Origin: Candidatus Omnitrophota bacterium
GTDB lineage: Bacteria > Omnitrophota > Gorgyraeia > Gygaellales > Profunditerraquicolaceae
Length of the DNA stretch: 47,209 nt
Direction of reading: 5' to 3'
Assembly (NCBI GenBank): GCA_022013085.1
Contig: JAKLQX010000002.1
Coordinates: 1-47,209 of the forward strand
Shown here: one piece after another, positions 25,507 through 34,671 of the stretch
Numbering within the stretch: the first letter of the stretch is position 1
How the letters are laid out: each line of letters opens with the position of its first letter
The notes under the pieces: generated by a model
Database searches by the model: none
What the model was told of the DNA's origin: nothing
The model's input: only the letters and a program-made list of their open reading frames with translations
Program-made: the position numbers and the translations under genes

Positions 25507-27173
25507 TAGGCTAACCCTTCAATCATCTTATTTATCGCAGACCCCGTCGGAACCATTGGATAAACATTTTCTTCCGGCTCAATGCGAAAATCAACAAAAA
25601 CAGTATTATCCGTATTAATCGCTTTTTGGATTGCCTTCCTTACTTCCGTTTTCTGCGAGACACGAATACCAACAGCCCCGTAACTTTTCGCGAGTAAAAC
25701 ATAATCAGGGCTTGTAATTGGCGTAAAAGAGTAACGTTTCTTATAAAATAACTCCTGCCACTGCCTAACCATGCCTAAAAATCCATTATTAAATATCAGC
25801 ACCTTAACATTTATTTTGTTTGCAACACAAGTAGCCAATTCTTGAATATTCATTTGGATTGAGCCATCTCCGGCAATATTAAAAACTTCCTTTTTTGGAC
25901 AACCCAACTTTGCCCCTATTGCCGCGGGGAATCCAAACCCCATTGTCCCTAACCCTCCGCTTGATATAAATGTACGCGGGACTAAATATTTATACCACTG
26001 GCATGCCCACATCTGGCTCTGGCCTACTTCAGTACATATGATAGCATCACCTTTGGTCAAGTCCCAAAGTTGCTCAAGAATATACTGAGGCTTAATCACC
26101 GAACTATTATGCTTATAAGCTAACGGGTGTTTTTTCTTCCAAGCTGTAATAGTCTTAAGCCATTCTGATGTATCAGGAATTTTTTTAATCTGCTCAAGTA
26201 ATTCGCCAATAATATTTTTAGCATCTCCAACTATCGGAATATCCACCCGTACATTTTTAGCTATAGATGAAGGATCAATATCAATATGAATAACTTTTGC
26301 ATTTGGCGCAAAATTATCCAGCCTGCCTGTTACGCGGTCATCAAAACGCGCGCCCACTGCAATAATTAAATCCGATTCCATGATTGCATGATTCGCGTAG
26401 GCGGTCCCATGCATACCCAACATGCCTAAAAATAATTTGTGCGTGCCGGGAAAACCGCCCAAACCCATAAAAGTAGTAGTTACTGGAACCTGAATCTTTT
26501 CTGCCAGGGCTTTTAATACTATATGAGCGCCTGAAGTAATTATTCCACCACCAGCATAAATAATCGGCTTCTTCGCTTGCGAAATTAATTTCGCGGCTTT
26601 CTTAATTTGTCCGGGATGCCCTGAATAAGTAGGTTGATAACTACGTATTTCTATTTTCTCAGGCCAGATAAATTCTGTATCTGCGCGCTGAATATCTAAA
26701 GGGATATCCACCAGTACTGGACCGGGACGGCCGCTAGATGCAATATAAAAGGCTTCCGCAATTGTACGCGCTAAATCTTTAACATCTTTGACCAAAAAAT
26801 TATGTTTAGTTATCGGCCGCGTAATCCCCGTTACATCTGCCTCTTGAAAAGCATCGTTGCCAATGAGATGCGTTCCCACTTGGCCTGTAATTGCTATCAT
26901 AGGGATTGAATCCATATAAGCAGTAGCAATCCCAGTTACAAGATTTGTCGCACCCGGGCCGCTAGTTGCTAGGCATACCCCTACCTTGCCAGTTGCCCGA
27001 GCATAACCATCAGCAGCATGCGCAGCACCCTGCTCATGACGGGTAAGAATAAATTTAACGTCAAAATCATAAAGTTGATCAAATATAGGTAAAACTTGGC
27101 CACCCGGATAACCAAAGATTACCTCAACACCTTGCTTTTTTAATGACTCTAATAATATTCTTGCGCCAATCAT
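25506..27173 (-). CDS. ilvB: acetolactate synthase large subunit
   Basis: 555 aa; TPP motif GGLGTMGFGFPAAIGA...GDGSIQMNIQEL. Confidence 0.95.
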   Translation of the reverse strand: MIGARILLESLKKQGVEVIFGYPGGQVLPIFDQLYDFDVKFILTRHEQGAAHAADGYARATGKVGVCLATSGPGATNLVTGIATAYMDSIPMIAITGQVGTHLIGNDAFQEADVTGITRPITKHNFLVKDVKDLARTIAEAFYIASSGRPGPVLVDIPLDIQRADTEFIWPEKIEIRSYQPTYSGHPGQIKKAAKLISQAKKPIIYAGGGIITSGAHIVLKALAEKIQVPVTTTFMGLGGFPGTHKLFLGMLGMHGTAYANHAIMESDLIIAVGARFDDRVTGRLDNFAPNAKVIHIDIDPSSIAKNVRVDIPIVGDAKNIIGELLEQIKKIPDTSEWLKTITAWKKKHPLAYKHNSSVIKPQYILEQLWDLTKGDAIICTEVGQSQMWACQWYKYLVPRTFISSGGLGTMGFGFPAAIGAKLGCPKKEVFNIAGDGSIQMNIQELATCVANKINVKVLIFNNGFLGMVRQWQELFYKKRYSFTPITSPDYVLLAKSYGAVGIRVSQKTEVRKAIQKAINTDNTVFVDFRIEPEENVYPMVPTGSAINKMIEGLA

Positions 27174-27175
27174 GT

Positions 27176-28828
27176 TTAGCTTAAAATCGCTCCCTTATCT
27201 GCTGAAGTTACAAGCCTTAAATAACGGGAAAGGTAACCCGTCTTGATCTTCGGCTCAATTGATTTCCAATTTTTAAATCTTTTTTCTATTTCCGCTTTGC
27301 TTAACTTAACTTCGATTTTACGATTAGGTATATCTATATTTATTCTATCACCATCTTTAATAATTGCAATTGGCCCACCTGCAGAAGCCTCCGGAGAAAC
27401 ATGGCCGATACACGGCCCTTTAGTCCCTCCTGAAAAACGCCCATCTGTAATTAGCGCGACAGAATTTTCTAAACCCAAACCTACAATTGCCGCGGTAGGC
27501 GCTAGCATCTCACGCATACCTGGCCCACCTGCAGGGCCTTCATAACGGATAACAATACAATCCCCTTTTTTTATCTTATTACCCATAATCGCCTGCATAG
27601 CATCTTCTTCGCGATTAAACACGCGGGCTCGGCCTGTAAATTTCATCATTTTCTCAGACACCCCGGACTGTTTTACCACTGCGCCATCTGGAGCAATGTT
27701 GCCGTATAAAACCGCGATCCCGCCTTGTGAATGATACGCTTTATTTAACGGACGGATCACCTCTTCATCAAAAATATTAGCTTGATCGGCAATCTCAAAT
27801 ATTTTTTGCCCGCTTACATTCAAAGTATTATGCAATTTAGATTTTAATCTTTTTAATACCGCAGGTATTCCACCAGCATACTCAATATCTTCCATAAAAT
27901 ACTCACCTGCCGGCTCGATATTAGTAATATGCGGCACGCTTTTGCTAATTTTATCAAATGTCTTGAGATCTAAATCAACACCTGCTTCATGGGCAATACT
28001 CATTAAATGTAAAACCGTGTTGCTTGAGCCACCCAATGCCATATCCACAACAATTGCGTTTTCTAAAGATTCTTTAGTAATAATATCCCGTGGTTTAATA
28101 TTCTTTTTTACTAACTCCACAATCCGCTCGCCACTCGCCTGTGCAATCCTGCGTTTCTTAGCAGAGCCTGCCAGCGCCGTGCCACTTCCAGGAATAGACA
28201 GCCCAAGAGTTTCAGTAAGACAAGCCATAGTATTAGCAGTGTATAAACCCTGACACGAACCTTGTCCAGGGCAAGCTTCCATCTCTAAGCATGATAACTC
28301 TTCACTAGATATATCTCCAACTTTCGCCCTGGCCATTGCTTCAAAAGTATCATGCACAAAAGCTAACTTTCTTTTATTAAATCTTCCCGAAAGCATTGGC
28401 CCGGCAGTAACAACAATCGCCGGAATATTTATGCGTGCTAGCCCCATAAGCATACCTGGAGTAATCTTATCGCAATTAGTCAGGCAAATAATCCCATCTA
28501 ATTGATGCGCATTGCAAACTGTTTCGATAATATCAGCAACCAACTCGCGTAAAGCTAAAGGATAACACATGCCCAAATGCCCCATAGCGATCCCGTCGCA
28601 GATACCTGGCACGCCAAATAAAAACGGCACGCCGCCACCATAACAAATTCCACGTTCAATAAATCTTTCCAGATCACGCATCCCAACATGGCCGGGGATA
28701 AGATCAGTAAAAGATGTGGCTACCCCGATAAACGGACGCTTTAAATCATTTCTAGACAGACCAGTAGCGTGTAAAAGTGCACGGTGCGGTACCCTATCCA
28801 AACCATTTTTTATTTGATCAGATCTCAT
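27176..28828 (-). CDS. ilvD: dihydroxy-acid dehydratase
   Basis: 550 aa; [10 protein letters not shown] and PGMREML motifs. Confidence 0.95.
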   Translation of the reverse strand: MRSDQIKNGLDRVPHRALLHATGLSRNDLKRPFIGVATSFTDLIPGHVGMRDLERFIERGICYGGGVPFLFGVPGICDGIAMGHLGMCYPLALRELVADIIETVCNAHQLDGIICLTNCDKITPGMLMGLARINIPAIVVTAGPMLSGRFNKRKLAFVHDTFEAMARAKVGDISSEELSCLEMEACPGQGSCQGLYTANTMACLTETLGLSIPGSGTALAGSAKKRRIAQASGERIVELVKKNIKPRDIITKESLENAIVVDMALGGSSNTVLHLMSIAHEAGVDLDLKTFDKISKSVPHITNIEPAGEYFMEDIEYAGGIPAVLKRLKSKLHNTLNVSGQKIFEIADQANIFDEEVIRPLNKAYHSQGGIAVLYGNIAPDGAVVKQSGVSEKMMKFTGRARVFNREEDAMQAIMGNKIKKGDCIVIRYEGPAGGPGMREMLAPTAAIVGLGLENSVALITDGRFSGGTKGPCIGHVSPEASAGGPIAIIKDGDRINIDIPNRKIEVKLSKAEIEKRFKNWKSIEPKIKTGYLSRYLRLVTSADKGAILS

Positions 28829-28838
28829 TTAGCACCTC

Positions 28839-28871
28839 CCCTACATTCTACCTACTATATACTAACTACTG
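28839..28871 (-). repeat. TAG-rich 33-nt intercistronic spacer motif, copy 1 (aldolase|ilvD)
   Basis: The minus strand reads CAGTAGTTAGTATATAGTAGGTAGAATGTAGGG, which is 29/33 identical to 31224-31192. Confidence 0.8.
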
Positions 28872-28873
28872 AT

Positions 28874-30199
28874 TTAATCCGCGCCTTGGCCATCATGGAC
28901 TACCGCGGCAGCATCCTGGCGTTTACGCATAATCACTCTTTTTAAAACGACATATTTATCAACCAGGTTTGCATTATTTACGGCATTTAACTGCTTAAAA
29001 AGAAAATCAAACTTATTTTCAATTTCACTGGCAATCGCATCACGCGTAACTTGAGGCAAATTCATTATATCTTTTTTAAATGGGCCAAGTGCTTTTTTCC
29101 TGGTTTTATAGAAAAACTGCTCTTCAGTTTCTCCGGCCTTAGCTTCATTAGCAGCATTAACTTTAAGCCAATCATAAATCTTCTTTTTTAAATCAGCAGG
29201 AAAATGTTTAGAATCAAACACCATATTCTGAAAACCGGTAGCTAAATGCACTTCACAGGTTTGACATTCGGCGAATTTATGAAATGCCTCCTCTGGTAAA
29301 GTCGAAGCACCATGTTGCACTGCCCCACCCATACCAAACTCTTTTCGGGCTATTTCGCCTAATTTCAAAAGCGTATCAAAATCAAGTTTTACCTGGGCAA
29401 TAGAACCATCGGGCAAAACCACTCCACCGTGCGAAGTCCCCGTTTGAATAGAAATTTTGCTTATCCCAATTAACCCTTTACGTAAACGCTGTTTAAAACC
29501 TTCCATATAAGCACGCAAATCTTCGCAAGTAGAATTCTGATGGCCAACTTCGCCAATTTCTCCGCCTACTGAAACCGTTAAGCCTTTTGGTTGGATGCGA
29601 CGGATAAACTGCGTAAGTTTAGCGCATACCTCATAATTTAAGTATTGCTGATCCTTTACTTTTGGTTTGCTTAAATCTACCAAAGTTGAAGAATCAATAT
29701 CAATATTGTAAAAACCCGCTGCCACTGCTTCAGTAATTATTGCTTGAAGCGCATCAATTTCTTTTGCAGGATTTTCCTGATACTTTTTTAAATTCGCCTG
29801 AAAATGATCCCCTTGGATAAATACCGGGCCGCTAAAACCTTCCTTAATCGCTGCAGCTAAAATAACTGCAGAGTATTCTGCTGGCGTTTGCGCAGTATAA
29901 CCCATTTCAGATTTAGCAATCTCAAAAATAAAAGCCTTGGCATTATTCTTCTTTCCTACCCTAAAGATGGCTTTAGCCAAATCATAAGTTAAGGTGCGTA
30001 AATTTATTGCCGGCACAGTAGAGCCCTTAAACTCATCCCGGCCGCGCGCCATATAATAATCATGAATACTAGAAGGATAAATTCCTTTTTTATAAGCAAT
30101 ACCCCAAATCTTCTTAGCGAGTTTCTTTTTAGTCAACGTATCATCCGTTAAAACTAAATCCGTTAATATCTTATCAATATCCAGCGGCTTTCTTCCCAT
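28874..30199 (-). CDS. class II (metal-dependent) fructose/ketose-bisphosphate aldolase family protein, long form
   Basis: 441 aa. Motif order matches class II aldolases: VFIQGDHFQ, NIDIDSS, GGEIGEVG, GTSHGG, QHGAST. It sits next to pfkA. Confidence 0.65.
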   Translation of the reverse strand: MGRKPLDIDKILTDLVLTDDTLTKKKLAKKIWGIAYKKGIYPSSIHDYYMARGRDEFKGSTVPAINLRTLTYDLAKAIFRVGKKNNAKAFIFEIAKSEMGYTAQTPAEYSAVILAAAIKEGFSGPVFIQGDHFQANLKKYQENPAKEIDALQAIITEAVAAGFYNIDIDSSTLVDLSKPKVKDQQYLNYEVCAKLTQFIRRIQPKGLTVSVGGEIGEVGHQNSTCEDLRAYMEGFKQRLRKGLIGISKISIQTGTSHGGVVLPDGSIAQVKLDFDTLLKLGEIARKEFGMGGAVQHGASTLPEEAFHKFAECQTCEVHLATGFQNMVFDSKHFPADLKKKIYDWLKVNAANEAKAGETEEQFFYKTRKKALGPFKKDIMNLPQVTRDAIASEIENKFDFLFKQLNAVNNANLVDKYVVLKRVIMRKRQDAAAVVHDGQGAD

Positions 30200-30214
30200 T
30201 TTTATCGCTCTCCG

Positions 30215-31180
30215 TTATGTTAAAATTTTAATTAATTTATAGAGATTCTCAATCTTTAATTCTTTTTTCTGTATAGCAACTTCAAAAGGAACTTCAATAA
30301 TTTTACCACAAGCTAATCCTACGGCAATATCAGTTTTACCTGACACTAAGCAATCAACCGCAATTTTACCAAGATGCAAAGCAAGATCCCGGCTAAAAGC
30401 AGTTGGACTGCCGCCACGTTGCACATGGCCTAAAACTACTGCTCGCGTTTCTAATCCAGTAATATCAGTAATCTTTTTGGCAATATCCTCGGCCTTACCA
30501 GCACCTTCGGCAACTATAATAATCCAGCTCATTTTCCCGATCAAATTGCCATGGACTATATCATGGCAGATTGCATCTAGATTAATTTCTTTTTCAGGAA
30601 TAATTATATCTTCACACCCTCCGGCAAGAGCAACAGTTAAAGCAATAAATCCAGATTCTCTACCCATAACCTCAACTACAAAAATCCGCTCCATACTGGT
30701 AGCTGTATCGCGAATTTTATCAATAGCATCCAAAGCAGTATTGACTGCCGTATCTGTACCAATCGTATAATCTATACCGTTCACATCATTATCAATGGAA
30801 GCGGCAATACCCAAACAAGGAATATTGAATTTTTTATAAAAATCATGCGCTGCGGCAAAAGAACCATTACCACCAATAACGATTAAACCATCAATATTAT
30901 ATTTTTTAATCGTATCAAATGCCCGGCGTTGCCCTTCTTCGGTTCTAAACTCAGGACAACGTGCAGTCTTAAGAATAGTCCCACCCTGGCCAATAATACC
31001 AGAAACAGAGCGATGGTTTAAAGGTTTAAGCTCTTCATTAATCAAACCCCACCAGCCTCGAAATACCCCGATCACCTCTAATTTTTGGTTAATCCCGTAA
31101 CGCACTACCGAACGTATTGCCGGATTCATCCCCGGAGCATCCCCACCAGTAGTTAAAACGGCTATTTTTTTAATTGCCAT
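30215..31180 (-). CDS. pfkA: 6-phosphofructokinase
   Basis: TTGGDAPGMN, IGGNGS and VMGRESG motifs; 321 aa. Confidence 0.9.
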   Translation of the reverse strand: MAIKKIAVLTTGGDAPGMNPAIRSVVRYGINQKLEVIGVFRGWWGLINEELKPLNHRSVSGIIGQGGTILKTARCPEFRTEEGQRRAFDTIKKYNIDGLIVIGGNGSFAAAHDFYKKFNIPCLGIAASIDNDVNGIDYTIGTDTAVNTALDAIDKIRDTATSMERIFVVEVMGRESGFIALTVALAGGCEDIIIPEKEINLDAICHDIVHGNLIGKMSWIIIVAEGAGKAEDIAKKITDITGLETRAVVLGHVQRGGSPTAFSRDLALHLGKIAVDCLVSGKTDIAVGLACGKIIEVPFEVAIQKKELKIENLYKLIKILT

Positions 31181-31191
31181 AACTAATCTCT

Positions 31192-31224
31192 CCCTACATT
31201 CTATCTACTCTCTACTATCTACTG
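31192..31224 (-). repeat. TAG-rich 33-nt intercistronic spacer motif, copy 2 (ahcY|pfkA)
   Basis: The minus strand reads CAGTAGATAGTAGAGAGTAGATAGAATGTAGGG. Confidence 0.8.
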
Positions 31225-31227
31225 CTT

Positions 31228-32484
31228 TTACGTTCCCATCTCCCAGCTAGCCAGATATTTTTTCTGTTCAGGCGTTAAAACATCTATCTTAATCCCCATA
31301 GACTCAAGCTTAAGCCTGGCAATATTTTTATCAATATCTCCAGGAACCGTATAAACCTGATTTTTTAGTTTGCGATAATTTTTCGCCAAATATTGCGCAC
31401 AAAATGCCTGGTTAGCAAAAGACATATCCATAACAGAAGCCGGATGCCCTTCAGCGGCTGCTAAATTAATCAAACGGCCCTGCCCTAAAAGATAAATTTT
31501 GCGATTATTTTTTAAGGTATACTCATCCACAAAGTCGCGGGTTGGCCGTTTAGATTTTGCAATTGCCTCTAATCCCGGGATATCAATTTCGACATTAAAA
31601 TGTCCGGAATTAGCCACGATTACACCATCCTTCATTAAACTAAAATGCTCTTTCCGAATTACATTAATATCACCAGTAACCGTGACAAAAATATCTCCAA
31701 TTTTAGCTGCCTGACGAATCGGCATAACTTCAAAACCATCCATGGTTGCCTCTAAAGCTCGTAAGGGATCAACTTCAATAACCACGACTTTAGCCCCCAT
31801 ACCTTTGGCGCGCATGGCCGTACCCTTACCACACCAACCATAACCACAAACTACAAAATTAGATCCGGCGATCAATTTGTTAGTAGATCGAATAATTCCA
31901 TCTAGAGTAGATTGGCCTGTACCATAACGATTATCAAAAAGATGTTTAGTCAAAGCATCATTAACCGCGATTATAGGGTAGCGCAATTTACCTTCTAAAG
32001 CCAAGGCACGTAAACGTATTACTCCGGTGGTTGTTTCTTCTGTGCCACCAATAATATTAGCATGTACACTTGCAGGAAGCTGATGAATAGTGCTCACCAA
32101 ATCCGCGCCATCATCCATGGTAATATTCGGCTTTACTACTAACGCGGATTTCATATGCGCGTAATAAGTTTTGGTATTCTCTCCTTTAATGGCAAAGACA
32201 CCCACTTTTAAATCTTTAACCAAAGCAGCCGCCACATCATCTTGAGTAGAAAGAGGATTAGACGCGCAAATATATACATCTGCGCCGCCGGATTTTAAAC
32301 AATCACCCAGCACAGCAGTTTCAGTAGTGACATGTAAACAACAGGCGATCTTTAAACCTTTCAAAGGTTTTTCTTTAGCAAATCTCTTCTTTATCAGGCT
32401 AAGTACAGGCATATTTTTAGCTGCCCACTCAATTCGTAATCGCCCTTTTTCAGCCAATTTAATATCTTTAATATCGTAGTTCAT
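31228..32484 (-). CDS. ahcY: adenosylhomocysteinase
   Basis: 418 aa; [13 protein letters not shown]-binding motif and the HFNVEID region. Confidence 0.95.
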   Translation of the reverse strand: MNYDIKDIKLAEKGRLRIEWAAKNMPVLSLIKKRFAKEKPLKGLKIACCLHVTTETAVLGDCLKSGGADVYICASNPLSTQDDVAAALVKDLKVGVFAIKGENTKTYYAHMKSALVVKPNITMDDGADLVSTIHQLPASVHANIIGGTEETTTGVIRLRALALEGKLRYPIIAVNDALTKHLFDNRYGTGQSTLDGIIRSTNKLIAGSNFVVCGYGWCGKGTAMRAKGMGAKVVVIEVDPLRALEATMDGFEVMPIRQAAKIGDIFVTVTGDINVIRKEHFSLMKDGVIVANSGHFNVEIDIPGLEAIAKSKRPTRDFVDEYTLKNNRKIYLLGQGRLINLAAAEGHPASVMDMSFANQAFCAQYLAKNYRKLKNQVYTVPGDIDKNIARLKLESMGIKIDVLTPEQKKYLASWEMGT

Positions 32485-32536
32485 GCATTCTCCTTAGTTA
32501 AAACTTTTCTACCTTTGACTTTTAGTTTTACCTTTT

Positions 32537-32576
32537 CCTGCCTGCCGCCTGCCTGATGGCAGTCAGGGTAGGCAGG
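32537..32576. repeat. GC-rich CCTGCCTGCC-type hairpin element in the metK|ahcY spacer
   Basis: CCTGCCTGCC-G-CCTGCCTGA-TGGCAG-TCAGGGTAGGCAGG. There are alternative pairings (CCTGCC/GGCAGG, CCTGA/TCAGG). On the minus strand it is flanked by repeated AAAAGT/AAAGGT words. Confidence 0.7.
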
Positions 32577-32594
32577 TACTTTTAACTTTTGAGT

Positions 32595-33764
32595 TTATAA
32601 CTTAGCTGCTTGTTTCTTTAAAGCTTCTACCTTATCCGTCTTCTCCCAGGTAAATTCCGGTTCTGGCCTGCCGAAATGCCCATAACTAGCCGTCTTCCTG
32701 TATATAGGCCGGCGTAAATTCAAGGACTCAATAATCCCCTTAGGCGCAAGTTCAAAGTTATGCCTTACTAACTTCACCAATGCCTCCTCTGAAATCACCG
32801 AGGTACCATCGGTATCTACCATAACTGATAAAGGATCCGCCCGGCCAATAACATAAGCAAGCTGTACAAGGCATTTCTCTGATAAACGGGCAGCCACAAT
32901 ATTTTTCGCAATATAACGGCACATATAAGCTGCAGAACGATCAACCTTAGTAGGGTCTTTTCCGCTGAATGCACCGCCTCCATGAGCCACAGCACCGCCA
33001 TAAGTATCCACGATTATCTTTCTTCCAGTCATCCCCGTATCTGACTGCGGGCCACCGATAATAAATTTTCCCGTCTGATTAACAAAATATTTGGTGTTCT
33101 TATCCACCCAACCTTTTAAAATCGGACCGGCTACTTCTCTGATAATCTCACTGCGCGCTTTTTCAGTGATGCGTTTTCCGCTTTTATCTAAAATATCCTC
33201 AGTATGCTGAGAAGCTAACACAACAGAATCCACACGCACGGGTACGCCATTATCATACTCAACAGTAACTTGAGTTTTACCATCCGGGCCAAGATATTTT
33301 AAAATTTTATTCTTGCGTACATAGGCTAAGCGCATGGCAAGTTTTTGCGCAAGCATAAGAGCTAACGGCATCAACTCTTTCGTCTCTTTACAGGCATAGC
33401 CAAACATCAAACCCTGGTCCCCTGCTCCGCCGGTATCTACTCCTTGCGATATATCTGGAGATTGGGCATGAATAGCATTAAGAATAGCGCAAGTATTAAA
33501 ATCAAAACCATACTTAGGATGATCATAACCTACCTCTTCAATTATTTTCCTGCTTATTTCATGCACATCAATAAACTTACGGGTAGTTATTTCTCCGCCT
33601 ACAATCAAAAGCCCCATAGTCACATAAGTCTCGCAGGCAACACGAGAATAAATATCATTTTTTAAACAGGCATCTAATACCCCATCAGAAATCTGATCAC
33701 ATAGCTTATCTGGATGGCCTTCGGTTACTGACTCTGAAGTAAAATAATGTTTACGCACTGCCAT
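32595..33764 (-). CDS. metK: S-adenosylmethionine synthase
   Basis: [12 protein letters not shown] and [16 protein letters not shown] motifs. Confidence 0.95.
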   Translation of the reverse strand: MAVRKHYFTSESVTEGHPDKLCDQISDGVLDACLKNDIYSRVACETYVTMGLLIVGGEITTRKFIDVHEISRKIIEEVGYDHPKYGFDFNTCAILNAIHAQSPDISQGVDTGGAGDQGLMFGYACKETKELMPLALMLAQKLAMRLAYVRKNKILKYLGPDGKTQVTVEYDNGVPVRVDSVVLASQHTEDILDKSGKRITEKARSEIIREVAGPILKGWVDKNTKYFVNQTGKFIIGGPQSDTGMTGRKIIVDTYGGAVAHGGGAFSGKDPTKVDRSAAYMCRYIAKNIVAARLSEKCLVQLAYVIGRADPLSVMVDTDGTSVISEEALVKLVRHNFELAPKGIIESLNLRRPIYRKTASYGHFGRPEPEFTWEKTDKVEALKKQAAKL

Positions 33765-33776
33765 GACTCCTCCCGA

Positions 33777-34517
33777 TTAGTTAGGTAAATATTTTTTTGC
33801 CGCGTTTAAATACTTATAATCCCCAATATCAAACCAAGTACCATTAAAAACATATCCATAGACATCTGTTCTTGTTTTTAACCAAGCAATATAACCACCC
33901 GTAGCATCGGTTTGCTTTTTTTTATCTTGTAAATACTCCTCGATCAAACTTAAGAAATTTTTGGGCATATAGTATAAACACATAGCCACGAGGTTAGATT
34001 GCGGGTACTTAGGTTTTTCAATAAAGCTCACAACTTTTTTCTGACTATTTAATTTAGCTACCCCATAACGACTAGCGTCTTTTTTGTACTTTAATTTGTA
34101 TAAACCTACAGTAGCTTGCGAAATATTTTTCTTAGAAAAAGCTAAAAATTCGCTTAAAGAGCCACTAAACAAATTATCCCCACCAATTATTAAAAGATCC
34201 TCTTTAACCCTTTGTTTCTTTATAGCAAAATTTATATCGCCTATAGCGCCTAATCTATCTTGATTGTTTCTAGTTAAATCATCTATTATGGTAATCTTCT
34301 TGGGCGATTTAATTGATTTTTTCCACAAACGGAAAAACTTGATAAATTTGCTATTAGTAATAAGATAAATCTCATCAATAACGGAAACCCTATCTAATTT
34401 ATCAATTATATAATCTACAATCGGCCTACCCTTAACTTCAAGCAAGGGTTTTGGATATTCCTTGGTTAGTGGATAAAGCCGAGTAGCATAACCGGCAGCT
34501 AAAATCAGCGCCTTCAC
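33777..34517 (-). CDS. sugar-1-phosphate nucleotidylyltransferase family protein
   Basis: MKALILAAGYATRLYPLT is the NTP_transferase signature. The GTG start (34517-34515) lies partly inside the repeat arm. Confidence 0.7.
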   Translation of the reverse strand: MKALILAAGYATRLYPLTKEYPKPLLEVKGRPIVDYIIDKLDRVSVIDEIYLITNSKFIKFFRLWKKSIKSPKKITIIDDLTRNNQDRLGAIGDINFAIKKQRVKEDLLIIGGDNLFSGSLSEFLAFSKKNISQATVGLYKLKYKKDASRYGVAKLNSQKKVVSFIEKPKYPQSNLVAMCLYYMPKNFLSLIEEYLQDKKKQTDATGGYIAWLKTRTDVYGYVFNGTWFDIGDYKYLNAAKKYLPN

Positions 34518-34666
34518 CCCGCACCTTCTTTCTTAATTAATTTATCCAGCACTTTCTTATTATTCATTTGTTTAAACCGTAAGTTTTTAATGCTTGAATC
34601 CTTAGAAAGTGCTGGATTTATCAAACCGCATTACTTCAATAGTTAAATATTTAGGAAACTCAGGGT
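34516..34666 (-). repeat. palindromic-ended intergenic cassette, copy B (ptsI|nucleotidyltransferase), with one decayed arm and a nested insertion
   Basis: The arm at 34516-34529 is identical to those of copies A and C. The distal arm at 34653-34666 (AGGAAACTCAGGGT) is degenerate. Once 34546-34615 is removed, the core aligns with copy A. Confidence 0.85.
34546..34615. mobile_element. nested 70-bp MITE-like sibling element with 12-bp terminal inverted repeats and an ATTTAT(C) flanking direct repeat
   Basis: CCAGCACTTTCT...AGAAAGTGCTGG, flanked by ATTTAT at 34540-34545 and 34616-34621. Copy A shows the uninterrupted site TTAATTTATCAAACCG. Confidence 0.55.
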
Positions 34667-34671
34667 TCATT

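Noticed and set aside
32485-32594. SAH or SAM riboswitch in front of ahcY.
   Set aside because: I could not find the conserved SAH-riboswitch core or the SAM-I/II features by eye. It is reported only as an unexplained GC-rich element with alternative pairings.
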